From NCBI GenBank assembly GCA_964016885.1, contig OZ024743.1, positions 355,136,001 to 355,200,000 on the forward strand: 64,000 bases of DNA, given 5' to 3'. The notes below the pieces were generated by a model, which was not told the origin of the DNA, ran no database searches, and saw only the letters and a program-made list of their open reading frames with translations. Positions 49,831 through 64,000 of this stretch are shown piece by piece (positions within the stretch are counted from its first letter, which is position 1; each line of letters begins with the position of its first letter). This stretch comes from Eledone cirrhosa. Lineage: Eukaryota. The translations under genes were made by a program, and so were the position numbers.

Positions 49831-50595
49831 AATAAGAGTAGTTGACTTCATAAAGTATCTAAATATCACCAAATTGATACAAGCGTTTGGTTATGTTAAT
49901 AGCTCTGGTAAGTTTCACGAAATTATAAAAAAAACACATAACCCTTTTGTTTTCATCATTTTTACCAAATAAGGGGTAGTTCTACATGCAACTAGAACGT
50001 CAGTCAAACTCATGCAAAATCCCCAAGTGATCTAGTGTTGCTGCCACTTACAGCCATATTACTCGTAAAAGAAAAGAAAACAAATAGTCTCGCATGAAAA
50101 TCTTTTGATCTATAAGTAATCAACGCGATACGAAATCCATCCGATGCTCAGACAAGTAAATATAACAACCTTAATTGACAATTATATTATATTATCGATG
50201 TTAAAGAGCCTTCATGTTCAAATTTCATTCATGAATTCAGGACTAAGTAGTCAATGGAACACATTGATTGCCTCCAGTATTATATCTCTATATCATTAAT
50301 GAGAGTCAACTCCACAAGCATAGCATCTAGTTGGTTATAGTCATGGTTTCAAAAATAAAAATAAAAGAACTTTTGTTTAATAGGTAGACATTTAACATAT
50401 GGACAAATACATTTTCAATGTAAATTGGGAAAATGATAAACAATATGAATCGATTTTAGGATCGAGTTGGTTCCTCATCTGAATGCGTGTATATCATCTA
50501 AACATCCACAAGATAACACTAGGTACGAAAAATGATTAAAGATATTCATAATTTTTTCAATTTACTTGAAATTCGTATTTTCTGGCATGCCTACA

Positions 50596-50950
50596 TAATA
50601 ATAATAATAATAATGAAATTATTGTGTACAGTGCTCAGGTGCCCTACAACTCATCAAAGGTGCATGCATAGTACATAGAATAATGTACAAATGTCAGGAA
50701 AATGAACAGTGTTCGAGTCATGATATACATGTGTGCGTGAGTATGGAGGGGGGACATCAGGTGTAGTGTTGGTGAATCTCAGGAAGCATGGAGGTTTTAA
50801 AGGATGCGGTGTCTCGACAGCTAACAATTGATGCAGGCAGTTTGTTCCATGCTTCAACAACTCTGAGCGTCAAAAAATGTTTCCGAAAGTCATGGGAGCT
50901 GTGTTGTTTTCTGATTTTGTAGGCATGCCCACGTGTGTTAGACACATGGA
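50596..50950 (-). mobile_element. CR1-type LINE 3' end with (ATT)n tail
   Basis: NTRGHAYKIRK..RKHFLTLRVVEAWNKLP..FKT is the typical CR1 ORF2 C-terminus. Confidence 0.85.
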
Positions 50951-51044
50951 AACCAAAATGTGTATATTGTCTTCCGTCTGTCTATTTAAAATAACCACTG
51001 GGGTAAAAATCAGTGATTATGCATTGCTATTGGTAGTAGGGAAA

Positions 51045-51894
51045 CAGATGCGTGAGTGTGTGTCTGTGGGACATATATATATATACACCAGGTCCGAAAT
51101 CAAAAGAACCAAACACCCAGTCACTGTCGCCGTTTCTCTCGCTCTCCTCATTTCTCACTATTATGAGCCCATTTGGGCCCATGGAGGTCCATGGGCTGGC
51201 CACCCCGCAGCCCCGACAGTCAAAATAGCGAAGGCGTATCCCCGAAGGATAGTAAGGAAAACGCGCCGGAAGATTCATTCCAACTGTGTATATTTATAGA
51301 CACATGTTGCAGCCTCATTCAGGTATTAGAAAAATATATTGCTTAGGTATTAGAAAAATATATTGCTGTCTCCATTCAAAACTACAAGAACTGGTGATGA
51401 GCCTACGACCTGTTCTGGGAGACGTGGATGGAACCATAAACAGTATGTGTCACGCGACACCAAAGAAGGTGGAATGTTATAACTTTTAGAGACAAAGTGA
51501 AGGAATTAGTTAAAGAAATTAGTTAAAGAGGCTAGATCCTACCGGTTAGATACAGTCGGGATTTCCCCAACAAAATCCCGTGATTCTGGTACTGTATATT
51601 CGGATGGACGATGGAAATTCCACTATTCAGGTGTGGCACCAGAATAGACGGCACAAGGGGGAGTGGGGGATACTTACAAGCCCTCGGCTGTCAGAATGGA
51701 CTGGATCCCATTGGGAGGGAGGATTTGCCTCTTGAAGCTTAGGCTGAAAGATATGTTTCAGTGGGTGAGGCAAGTTAATGCGCCAAACTGAGAGCCCGAA
51801 CACAAATCTATACTTGATGAAGTCACTGCAGCGTTAGATATATTTAAGACTGAGTCATATATCCTAATGGGAGACCTCAGTGCATATGTTGGCA
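51045..51894 (+). repeat. Inverted duplicate of 54099-54931 (RTE 5' region plus flank)
   Basis: Near-identical reverse complement; differs by a small tandem duplication (net 17 bp) and a few substitutions. Confidence 0.93.
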
Positions 51895-51976
51895 ACATGA
51901 CCCTCCCAAAGTATAACAATATCGGTTTCAACACACGATTTCAGATAAAGAATCTTGCTAAACAAATTCAGAAACG

Positions 51977-52049
<73 letters not shown>

Positions 52050-52104
52050 TAACAGATTAAAGTTTAAGCAAAGAATCGCTGCTTTCACCCTTAACAAGAT
52101 CTTA

Positions 52105-54885
52105 TACTTCTTCTTTGACCACCTATTTTTCAGAATGTCCGCAGGCACGCCTCCTACAGATCCTGTCAGAAGCAACCCTCTCCAAATGATCCGGCTGATC
52201 CTCAAGCTTATGCATGTTATCCAACCGTCTTACACGGTATCTATCCTTTGGTCTCCTGCTGGCTGGCTGGCTGGTTTTCCTGTCAAATCTGTCCAGCGAT
52301 TCTCTTCTGAGACATTTTAACCAATTGTCCTTAATATCGGTGATGTGATCACTCATTTCAGAAAAGTAGCGACTTGTAACTAGACTGACTCTCTGATTTG
52401 CGAGCTACGCATTCTATCGAGCAGCGTTACGTTATTCTAAAAACCCTTCGGAGGATGCCCTTCTTTTGATGACCGAAACCTGAAGCTCATTACTGCACCA
52501 GCTCCAGCAATTCTAACACTTAATTCAGCCTCCGGACATCCGTCATTAGTGAACAAGTTCCACAGACTCTTGAACTTCTCCATCTGCTTCTGTAAAACTC
52601 CACTCACATGTAGAGTGCACTCCACAGGCTTCCTTGGGTGAACAAGTGCCTCGGTCTTCACAGCAGTGATTCACATCCCTGTTATACAGCGTTGGGTACC
52701 AAACCTAGCATGTCCATAATGGAAATCCCATTCTGATTTATTACGTAGTACCATGTCGTCCGTAAATGCGAACCAACTAAACCCAAAACTACCAGTCTTG
52801 ATACCACTTCCAACCCAGCTACGCATGACAATACTGTTCATGAAGATTATGAACAGGAGATCTGAGAGTTCGCACCCTTGGCGGTGTTCAACATCCACGT
52901 TGAATGGCTTCGACTTAGCACCGTTTATTCAAACACAAATACTAGTATATTCGTCTAACGGCATCAGAGCAACAAGAAGCTGCCCATCGATGCCATACTC
53001 CGATACTTCCATAATAGTTCCCTTGGTCATATGCCTTTCCCGGATCTTCGAAACTAGCATACCAATCTTGGCAATGCTCACACGTTTTCTCAAAGAACCG
53101 TTGAATAATTGGTCGGCTGTACTACTTCCAGAGTGAAAACCACACTAGCCTGGATTCAACAATATCCCTACATCGCTTTGTCAGACAATTAGCATAGACT
53201 TTAGAGGAAGGGCTTAAGAATAAGATCCTTCTATATTTTGAGCTCTTTAATTTCTCCTGTGACCTCAGCCTCGCAGAGGTTAGTCAACACTCCCAACTAC
53301 ACATGGTGTATATCAGAATATGCTGTTGTGACCGGGTTTAAGAAATCATCAAATTGTTTTCTCCACTTCATGAGAATGCACTTCACTGAAAAGAGAGCCG
53401 CAGACGCGTTCCAGATAATCAGATTCCAGATTAACACCAAATTCTTCACAAGCTTTAACTTTAGATGCCTTTAGTGTTTCTGCTTCGAGTTTTCGCATCT
53501 GATTGCAAGAACCTATTTCGAGGCCAAGTTTTGTAAGCCTTCTTCTTTGCTTGGATAGCATCTTTGATCTCTTGATTGAAACAAGAGGTCATCATGCCAC
53601 CCGCCATTATACCAGTTCGCTTTCACCTGCAAAATTTAACATCTGAAGCAGAATTGCCGATGTGAACAGTCTCCACTCCATTTCAAGGTTCTCAGTTTGT
53701 TCAGTTAGTTCTCTGAATTTGGATGCAATAGTAGCGGCATACCTGCTCCCAAAATTGGCCGGTCGACTTGGACCTGCCAGTTTTGTGGAGCTTCTTTGGC
53801 TTTAGGTAGTCTCGGGCAGCACATAACTAGATGGCGATCTGTTGACTGCTCACCCCTTCTCTTAACACGAACATTCAGCACAGAATCGAAAGGATCTTAA
53901 ACAAGATCTAAATCAGTTGTTGATCTCTGTTTCCGATTTCCCTTATGCATATGTATTTAGGGATATCTCTGTGCTGGAGGAAGCTGTTCATAATAGAGAA
54001 TTCATTACGAGAACAGATTTATAATAAGGCTTCTACATTCGTATTTAAACCAGGATCACCGTACATTCCAATCACTCTTTTTCATGTCAGGAAGTCAGTG
54101 CCAACATATGCACTGAGGTCTCCCATTAGGATATATGACTCAGTCTTAAATATATCTAACGCTGCAGTGACTTCATCAAGTATAGATTTGTGTTCGGGCT
54201 CTCAGTTTGGCGCATTAACTTGCCTCACCCACTGAAACATATCTTTCAGCCTAAGCTTCAAGAGGCAAATCCTCCCTCCCAATGGGATCCAGTCCATTCT
54301 GACAGCCGAGGGCTTGTAAGTATCCCCCACTCCCCCTTGTGCCGTCTATTCTGGTGCCACACCTGAATAGTGGAATTTCCATCGTCCATCCGAATATACA
54401 GTACCAGAATCACGGGATTTTGTTGGGGAAATCCCGACTGTATCTAACCGGTAGGATCTAGCCTCTTTAACTAATTTCTTTAACTAATTCCTTCACTTTG
54501 TCTCTAAAATTTATAACATTCCACCTTCTTTGGTGTCGCGTGACACATACTGTTTATGGTTCCATCCACGTCTCCCAGAACAGGTCGTAGGCTCATCACC
54601 AGTTCTTGCAGTTGTGAATGGAGACAGCAATATATTTTTCTAATACCTAAGGCCTGAATGAGGCTGCAACATGTGTCTATAAATATACACAGTTGGAATG
54701 AATCTTCCGGCGCGTTTTCCTTACTATCCTTCGGGGATACGCCTTCGCTATTTTGACTGTCGGGGCTGCGGGGTGGCCAGCCCATGGACCTCCATGGGCC
54801 CAAATGGGCTCATAATAGTGAGAAATGAGGAGAGCGAGAGAAACGGCGACAGTGACTGGGTGTTTGGTTCTTTTGATTTCGGACC
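52105..54885 (-). mobile_element. Decayed RTE-clade LINE (APE plus RT)
   Basis: VNAPN and LMGDLSAYVG (endonuclease); RQGCELSDLLFIIFM, FAFTDDMVL, RIAGAGAV (RT); many frameshifts. Confidence 0.82.
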
Positions 54886-54931
54886 TGGTGTATATATATA
54901 TATGTCTCACAGACACACACTCACGCATCTG

Positions 54932-55035
54932 GTTAACTTTGCCTTTCATCCTTACGGGGTCGATAAAATAAAGTACCAGTAATGCACTAGATAATTGCTG
55001 GCCTTGTGCCAAAAAAGTAGAAAAAAATATTATTT
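54932..55035 (+). mobile_element. 5'-truncated S1 SINE abutting the inversion breakpoint
   Basis: Begins mid-SINE at GTTAACTTTGCC. Confidence 0.85.
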
Positions 55036-55083
55036 GATAGTGCAATGCTTACGGTAATTTTTCCGGTTCTGGCATGTATGTAT

Positions 55084-55860
55084 GTTCTTCTGGTTTTATA
55101 ATTCTGGTTTTATAATTCTGGTTTTATAATTTCACAAAGTTTTACCAATAGAGAGAGAGTCGGTTTCTAACATAGACACAAGACTCTCTCATTGGAATTT
55201 ACACAACATCAACTAGGTAGATATGTATGTATGCATGCATGCGTAGATATGGATATTATTGTATGTGTGGATGTGTATGTTTTGAGTTGTATGTGTGCAT
55301 GTGTATTTGCTTTGTATCTGTACATGTGTATATGCAGATATTAGATGCAACATTTTTGGAATGTTTTACATATTTTTACTGTTCCATTAATGGATTGTAC
55401 TTGTAATTTCCTAACTAGGCGTGTTCTTTCTGTTCCTGTGAAGCCTAGCTTCTCAAGATTTGTATTTAGGCAGTTACTAACATACCCCAGTACCCCAATA
55501 ATCACAGGCATAAATCTGAAGGTGTAATCAGGGTGGAGTATCTGCAGATTTCTCATCAGTTCTGCATAAATATTCTCCTTTATGTATGTATGTATGTATG
55601 TATGTATGTATGTATGTATGTATGTATGTATGTATGTATGTATGTATGTTCTTCTCGTTTTATAATTTCACAAAGTTTTACCAATAGAGAGAGAGTCGGT
55701 TTCTAACATAGACACAAGACTCTCTCATTGGAATTTACACAACATCAACTAGGTAGATATGTATGTATGCATGCATGTGTAGATATGGATGTTATTGTAT
55801 GTGTGGATGTGGATGTTTTGAGTTGTATGTGTGCATGTGTATTATGTATGTGTATTTGTA
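55084..55860 (-). mobile_element. Two tandem 5'-truncated copies of the second R4 family (55084-55580; 55648-~55860) separated by (TATG)n
   Basis: Match 39836-40300, including ..KICKTFQKCCI* and the 3'UTR hairpin GAGAGAGTC/GACTCTCTC. Confidence 0.9.
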
Positions 55861-56017
55861 TGTGTGTATGATTTATGCCTGTATATATGTATGTTTGTGG
55901 TTTCCTAAAAAGTTTTAATTTAAATATGCTTATTCGCCCGTGTGTGTGTGTACAATATTTCCGTTCGGTATAAGCGGTGTGATAATATTTGTATGAGTAT
56001 ATATATATATATATATA

Positions 56018-56056
<39 letters not shown>

Positions 56057-56057
56057 T

Positions 56058-56395
56058 GTTTGTCTATTAGCCACAGAGGCACAAAAGAAGGGGACAAATA
56101 CAAAGGGGGAAATTTACATACAATAAAAACGTGTAAAATATTATCACAAATGCAATTTAAAAGTTAATCGATTTTCCCCAGTAGGGGGAGACATTTCATA
56201 TGGGTAACACATACCCCCGAAAAAATGTGTAACCCTCATCTCCAGGAGTACCAAATGTTTGTACCCCTTCCTGTTTTTCCTCAACCTACAGGCTGATATA
56301 GAGAAAAGGCCCATTCACTCGGGCCATTCTCACCACTTTCACCCACCTTTCATAAAACTTGCTGGGGTACAGCACCTCTCTCTCCCTCCTGATTC
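56058..56395 (-). mobile_element. Tx1-like LINE 3' fragment with an (ATCT)n tail
   Basis: Minus strand encodes [30 protein letters not shown]; the UTR ends TGTGGCTAATAGACAAACAT followed by (ATCT)n. Confidence 0.8.
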
Positions 56396-56396
56396 T

Positions 56397-56499
<103 letters not shown>

Positions 56500-56689
56500 G
56501 AATATGTGTCTATTTTTATAAATAAATAAACATATTAAATATATTTTAATGATTCTAATGTTATTACAGCCGGTGCACACATACATACACATCTGCAAAT
56601 ATATTTATGTATACACAAACACACATAGCCGTGCACACACATACACACGCGCACACAAATATATATGCATAAATAAAATATACGTGTGC

Positions 56690-57521
<832 letters not shown>

Positions 57522-58403
57522 ATGTTAGCAGATGCGCCCATTGTGTAAATGATTGCAGACAAAAATATAAAATAACGTTGAAATTTGATTTTAAAATTTG
57601 TTCATGTCTGTATGTTGGAGTGGGAGAAATGAGGCAGTGATCGGTGTAGTGACTTGGTGTTTATATCCGTATGTGGGACTGTGCTCTTGTTTGTATTCGT
57701 GTCTATTGTATTTGTGTCTATTGTCACTCTGTTTGTGTGTGTGTGTGCCTGTTTTAAGCTAGTATGTGTATATAGTTTTTAGTTTATATATCTGTTTGTG
57801 TGTGTGTTTGTGTGTGCGGTGGGGTGGGGGTTGTGGGGTTATTTGTATGTCTGTATGTTATGATGCTTTTTTAAGAGGTACAAATGCTTTGACGCGTGCG
57901 CCTGCTTTTTTGATACAATGTATTAACATGACACTATTGGATGTAGTATTGTACGGTCATTTTTTTTTTTTTTTTTGTTGGTATTTTGGTATTTCGTTTA
58001 GTTGTTGAATGATTTTTGGTAAAATAAAGTGTGAGAAGGTTTATGCGTATGTGTTTGTATATATAAATGTAATAGATGGCAAGGCTCTGTATGGGTGTGT
58101 ATGAAGTCCTGTATGCATTTGTGTGTGTGTACGCTATGTGTGTGCCTTTCTGTGTGATTTCGGCTCTATATCTATGTGTAAAAACACGAAAAAATAAGGG
58201 AAAACAGTAAGATCTGGAGAGAGAACGACCGCGAGAATCATTGAGTGAGAATTTGCAGAGAAGAGAACAACAACATATGAGATATAAAGATGTCTCTCTG
58301 CTTGTCTTTATATGTGTATCTGTGGGTGGCTGTCAAATGAAAAGACTCTGTTTTCAATTGTTTGTGTATAAATATATTTATATGTTGTTTGTATACGTGT
58401 CGG

Positions 58404-58434
<31 letters not shown>

Positions 58435-58581
58435 GTCTCGCTCCCCCCCCTCTCTCTCTCTCTCTCGCTCTCTCTCTCGCTCTCTCTATCTCTCTCTATC
58501 TATCTATCTATCTATCTAATAAAGAAAGATCTCTCTCTCTCTCTCTCTCTTTATCTATCTATCTATCTATCTAATAAAGAA

Positions 58582-58633
<52 letters not shown>

Positions 58634-58645
58634 AATAAAGAAAGA

Positions 58646-58700
<55 letters not shown>

Positions 58701-60265
58701 GGCTAATAAAAAAAACATATCTATCTATCAAATAAAGAAAGATCTCTCTCCCTCTCTCTCTATCTATCTATCTATCTCTCTATCTCTCTATCTCTCTATC
58801 TATCTATCTCTCCATCTATCTATCTATCTATCTATCTCTGTATGTGTGTGTGTGTGTATCTATGTATGTGTGTTTGTATCTATGTATGTGCGTGTGTATT
58901 TGTCTATCTATCTATGTGTGTGTCTATCTATGTATGTGCGTGTGTATCTGTGTATCTATCTATGTGTGTGTGTGCATCTATGTATGAGAGTGTGTATATA
59001 TGTATGTGTATGTATGTGTGTGTGACGATGTATGTATCTGTGTATGTGTGTGTGTATCTGTGTATCTATGTATGTGTGAGTGTATATATGTATATGTATG
59101 TGTTTCTATGTATGTGTGTGTGTATCTGTGTATGTGTGTTTGCATCTATATATGTGTGTGGTCATCTATGTATGTGTGTGTATCTATGTATGTGTGTGTG
59201 TATCTACGCACGTGTGTGTGTATCTATGAATGTCTTTGTGTATGTATGTATATGTGTATGTATCTAAATATGTATGTGCGTATCTATGTATGTCTGTATC
59301 TATGTATGTATGTATGTATCGTTGTATGTGTGCGTGTATCTATGTATGTGTGTGTACCTATGTATGTGTGTGTGTGTATATTTGTATGTGTGTGTATGTA
59401 TGTATATATGTGTGTATCTATGTATGAGCGATTGTGCATCTATGTGTGTGTGTGTATCTTTGTATATGTGTGTATGTATATGAGTGTGTATCTATGTGTG
59501 TGTGCATCTATGTGTGTGTGTATCTGTGTATGTGTGTGTATTTATATGAGTGTGTATCTATGTATGGGTGTGTATCTATGTGTGTGTGTGTATCTGTGTA
59601 TGTGCGTGCATGTATATGAGTGTGTATCTATGTATGTGTGTGCATCTATGTGTGTGTGTGTATCTGTGTATATGTGTGTATGTATATGAGTGTGTATCTA
59701 AGGGCGATTGTGTATCTATGTGTGAGTGTGTGTGTGTGTGTGTATCTGTGTATGTGTGTGTATGTATATGAGTGTGTATCTATGTGTGTGTGTATCTATG
59801 TGTGTGTGTGTGTGTATGTGTATGTGTGTGTATCTATGTATGTATATGGGTGTGTATCTATGTATGTGCGATTGTGCATCTATGTGTGTGTGTGTATCCG
59901 TGTATGTGTGTGTATGTATATGAGTGTGTATCTATGTGTATGTATATATCAGTGTATATCTATGTGTGTGTATGTATGTATATGTGTGTGTATCTATATA
60001 TGTGTGTGCATCTATGTGTGTGTGTATGTGTATCTGTGTATGTATGTGTATGTATATGAGTGTGTAGCTATGTGTGTGTATGTATGTATATGAGTGTGTA
60101 TCTATGTGTGTGTGTGTGCACTAATGTGTGTGTATGCACCTATGTGTGTGTGTTTGCACATATGCGTGTGTGCACCTATATGTGTGTTTGTGCACCTATG
60201 TGTGTGTGTCTGCACCTATATGTGTGTATGTGCATCTATGTATGTGTGTGCACCTATGTATGTGT
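58404..60265. repeat. (TC)n/(TCTA)n tract followed by ~1.4 kb of cryptic (TG)n/TATC low-complexity satellite
   Basis: Seen directly. Confidence 0.93.
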
Positions 60266-60606
60266 TAGTGCTGCATGGGGTTGGAGTAGTTTATTTAAAC
60301 ATATTAATATTCAATTGATCATCTGACAATTTTTACACGTCACCTATTACTTTTACTTTCACTTTCGATGTTTTCCCGCCGATGTTTTCCCGCCGTTTAT
60401 AATGCATAGCTGTTCATCTTGATTTCTTCTATTTATTTCATTTATTCTGCACGTTTAAATTCGACTTCTAAAGATTTTGTTTTTTTGATTATCCATTTTT
60501 TAAAAATTATTATTTACATTTTTCTTTATTGTTATTATAATTTTTAATAAAATATATTAAATGTTGTAATTTCTATTATCCTTGTTTACTGAATTAGATT
60601 CTGTTC

Positions 60607-60890
60607 ACATCAACACTATCATCACCATCATCACCATCATCACCATCATCAGCATCATCAGCATCATCACCCTCGTTTTAATGTGCCTTATCGGCATGAT
60701 GATGATGATCATCATCATCATAATCATCATCATCATCATCATCAACGTCATCACTATCATCACCACCGTCACATCATCATCATCATCATCAACATCAACG
60801 GGACATCATTCTAATAATTATTATCATCATGAACATCTTATTATCATCATTCCCAACACCCCCAACAAAACTATCGTAGTCGCCATCATC
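60607..60890. repeat. Degenerate (CAT)n trinucleotide repeat
   Basis: Seen directly. Confidence 0.9.
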
Positions 60891-60939
60891 ATAAACATAT
60901 TTTTTATTTTTATTTGTTCTTGAGTTAATACTTTTTATT

Positions 60940-60982
60940 TTATATACACACACATATATATATATGTGCACATATGTATGTA

Positions 60983-61035
<53 letters not shown>

Positions 61036-61049
61036 ATATATATATATAT

Positions 61050-61105
<56 letters not shown>

Positions 61106-61782
61106 ATATATATATATATCCATATACATATATATATATCCATATACATATATATATCCATATACACACATATATATATATATATACATGTGTGTGTATG
61201 TGCGTGTGTATGTATGTGTGTGTATGTGTATGTGTGTGTGAGTTTTGAGTTTTGAAAATTCTCATTCCTTTTCGTAAGTGCCATTATTGTTGCCAGTTTT
61301 TCTTCGTTTTCTTCCTTTATATATTTCGTTGCCCCCCCCCCCCCCCCCCCCCCGCCATCGACATATTTCTGCCTGAAATAGAAGTAGTTGTTCTCGTTGC
61401 TGTTGTTATTGCTGTTGATTTGTTGTTGCTACTACTGCTATTTTCTTAATTTAGTTTATATTCAATTTCACTGCACACCTCTTCACAATGTTTTCGATGT
61501 TTAACAGAAAAAAAATGTTAAAGGCCAAACTAACAAACAACACAAATAACACAAACAATACACACAACACATATAATAAGGCTGAAAGAAATACTGCAAC
61601 AAAGTGGAAGTAAAAACCTACCCCAGCGGAAAAACCGATTCACAAATACCGTGACAAACTCATCCACTCTGTTTTATTTTGCCATTTCAATATTTTAGAA
61701 AATAACAGAATTAAAATAAAATGAATATAAACATATGTGTATGTACATCTATATCTTCATATATTCTTATGTACACACACAT

Positions 61783-61832
<50 letters not shown>

Positions 61833-62186
61833 ATGTGTGTGTGTGTGTTTATGTGCGTGTGTGTGTATGTGTATGTGTGTGGAGAGAAAGTGTGAGTGTA
61901 AACTCATATATATATTTGTATATGTTATATATTATATATATATAATATAAATATATATATACATATATATATATATATGTGTATATATATTTGTATATAC
62001 ACATATATATATACATATATACATACACATATACATTTATATATATACATATATATAAATGTAAACACATATATATATACATATATATATATATGTATAT
62101 ATATTTGTATATACACATATATATATACATATATGCATACACACACACACATATATATATATATACATATATATAAATGTACACAC

Positions 62187-62248
<62 letters not shown>

Positions 62249-62648
62249 AAATGGCATCAAGAAAAGCAGCATTTTAAAGGAAGCATGTGAAAAATGAAAA
62301 GTTCTCGTATATTTAAATATCTGTACACTCATAATTTATGAAGCTCTACATCACACACACACACACACACACAGATATACACGTAAATAAAATGAAGGAC
62401 GCATGCCTACATACACTAACACATACACGCTCATACACACACACAGTCATATATATGTGTGTGTTGGTGTGTGTGTGTGAAAGTGAGAGAGAGCGTGTGT
62501 GTGTAAGCATGTGTTCTTTAGTTCGTTTATCTGTTAGTATGTGGCGGAGATCTTCATAAATGATGAATGTAACTATATATATACATATATATATATATGT
62601 ATATGTGTATATGTTTATGTATACATACACATCTCCTCTCCCTCCCCC

Positions 62649-62687
<39 letters not shown>

Positions 62688-62748
62688 CATACATATACAT
62701 ATATATATATATATATATATACATACATACATACATATATATACATAT

Positions 62749-62825
<77 letters not shown>

Positions 62826-62870
62826 AGTATCTTATACATATAGATATGTGTGTATGCACGCACATACACA
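60940..62870. repeat. (TA)n/(TG)n microsatellite blocks interspersed with short unique islands
   Basis: Seen directly. Confidence 0.85.
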
Positions 62871-62957
62871 TATTCCCATATTCGCTGTATGTATTTTCCT
62901 ACCCTCATGGATACCACTTTGAATGGAACTAAATTAATATTTATCTATCTATATATA

Positions 62958-63019
62958 CTCTTTTACTCTTTTACCTGTTTCAGCCATCCGGCTGAGGCCA
63001 TGCTGGGGCACCGCCCTTG
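62958..63019 (-). mobile_element. SINE 3'-end fragment
   Basis: CTCTTTTA repeat plus TGTTTCAGCCAT..GGCCATGCTGGGGCACCGCC; resembles 19272-19292. Confidence 0.5.
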
Positions 63020-63042
63020 TGATATATATATATATCTCCCTA

Positions 63043-63083
<41 letters not shown>

Positions 63084-63100
63084 CTCTCTCCCCCCCCCCC

Positions 63101-63135
<35 letters not shown>

Positions 63136-63136
63136 G

Positions 63137-63356
63137 GAACGGTCGACTTTTTTGTCAAATCGGACCGAGGGAACAATGTTTCCGTTGGTCTTTCCAATTG
63201 CTAATACTATCTATCGGTCGCAACTCCAGGTAGAAGGAGCAACGTGAAATAAAGTGTCTTGCTCAAGGACATAACGCATCGTCTGGTCCAGGAATCGAAC
63301 TCACAACCTTACGATTGCGAATACAATTCTCTAACCACTCAGCCACACGCCTTCAC
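63137..63356 (-). mobile_element. S2 tRNA/CORE SINE
   Basis: Minus strand A-box TGGCTGAGTGG, B-box AGTTCGATTCC, CORE TCCTTGAGCAAGACACTT; homologous to 18886-19101. Confidence 0.88.
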
Positions 63357-63649
63357 TTATATATATATATATTTAATTCTGCCCTTCTGCCTATCTATCC
63401 AGTTATTTCTATCCACGTGTCTTAATTGCATCTTTCTTTAGAAACGTTGTAAACAGATAATGATTCCTCAGATAAACAGTTTTAATAAAAGGCAATATGT
63501 TGATATATTAAAAATCTTTGACTATCATAGGTATCTCTAAATATTTTTTACCTGAGCATAAACAGTAACAATAACAACTATGCGTTTGCGAATGGTAATG
63601 CTAATGTCTCACTTAGGCACATAATCACACATTTAAGGTGAGAGTTAGG

Positions 63650-63795
63650 CATTTAAATCAATTACAATACTTAACTCATATCTACATTTTATCTACCCTC
63701 AAAAGAAAGTTGATGTTAACCTCGGAGTGATTTGAACTATATTGATTTGGAATAAATATCTAAAGTATTTCGACCTATGTTCTAACGATCCATGA
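63650..63795 (-). mobile_element. Highly decayed S1-like SINE
   Basis: TTTTATCTACCCTC..GTTAACCTCGGAGTGATTTGAACT resembles 47910-47963. Confidence 0.5.
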
Positions 63796-64000
63796 ATAAT
63801 TTTAAATTATCAAAATAGTATGTCATTGAACTAATGTTGTGTTTTCCTCGCCGCATAACTTTTATGAGAATTTTATATATTTATGTTTGGTTTTTACTCA
63901 CTGCATTACATATGTTAACGTTTAAACATTTGATTAGCTGATTTGGCTCCATAGCCCTACTAGTACAATTCGGGCTTTCCCTACTCAACAACAAACATTT

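Noticed and set aside
60582-60923. Poly-Ile/His/Asp-rich exon
   Set aside because: Degenerate (CAT)n repeat with no supporting splice or domain evidence.

Overview
Eukaryotic, AT-rich, microsatellite-dense repeat DNA. The SINE types and repeat landscape suggest a coleoid cephalopod (Octopus-like); this is inference. I can support no intact host gene, and most ORF-track entries are (TA)n/(CA)n/(TATG)n artefacts or decayed retroelement ORFs. Main content: (1) 1-3887, the end of a very young 2,784-bp non-coding tandem array in which each unit carries a type I hammerhead-ribozyme motif with a palindromic stem III (Penelope-like/retrozyme architecture); (2) two R4/Dong-type RLE LINE families, one sitting in (TAA)n and one in (CATA)n; (3) a near-full-length Tx1/L1-clade LINE plus fragments, and a tRNA-derived SINE that shares its 3' tail and ATT-rich targets; (4) RTE LINE remnants and modular ~0.5-0.6 kb non-autonomous RTE derivatives that pile up in (TATG)n; (5) a ~19 kb nested stack of these microsatellite-associated elements (27.3-46.4 kb); (6) a 3 kb cluster of inverted repeats (21.2-24.35 kb), Helitrons, a CR1 tail and a recent ~0.85 kb inverted duplication. 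Coordinates were read by eye, so element ends are approximate.
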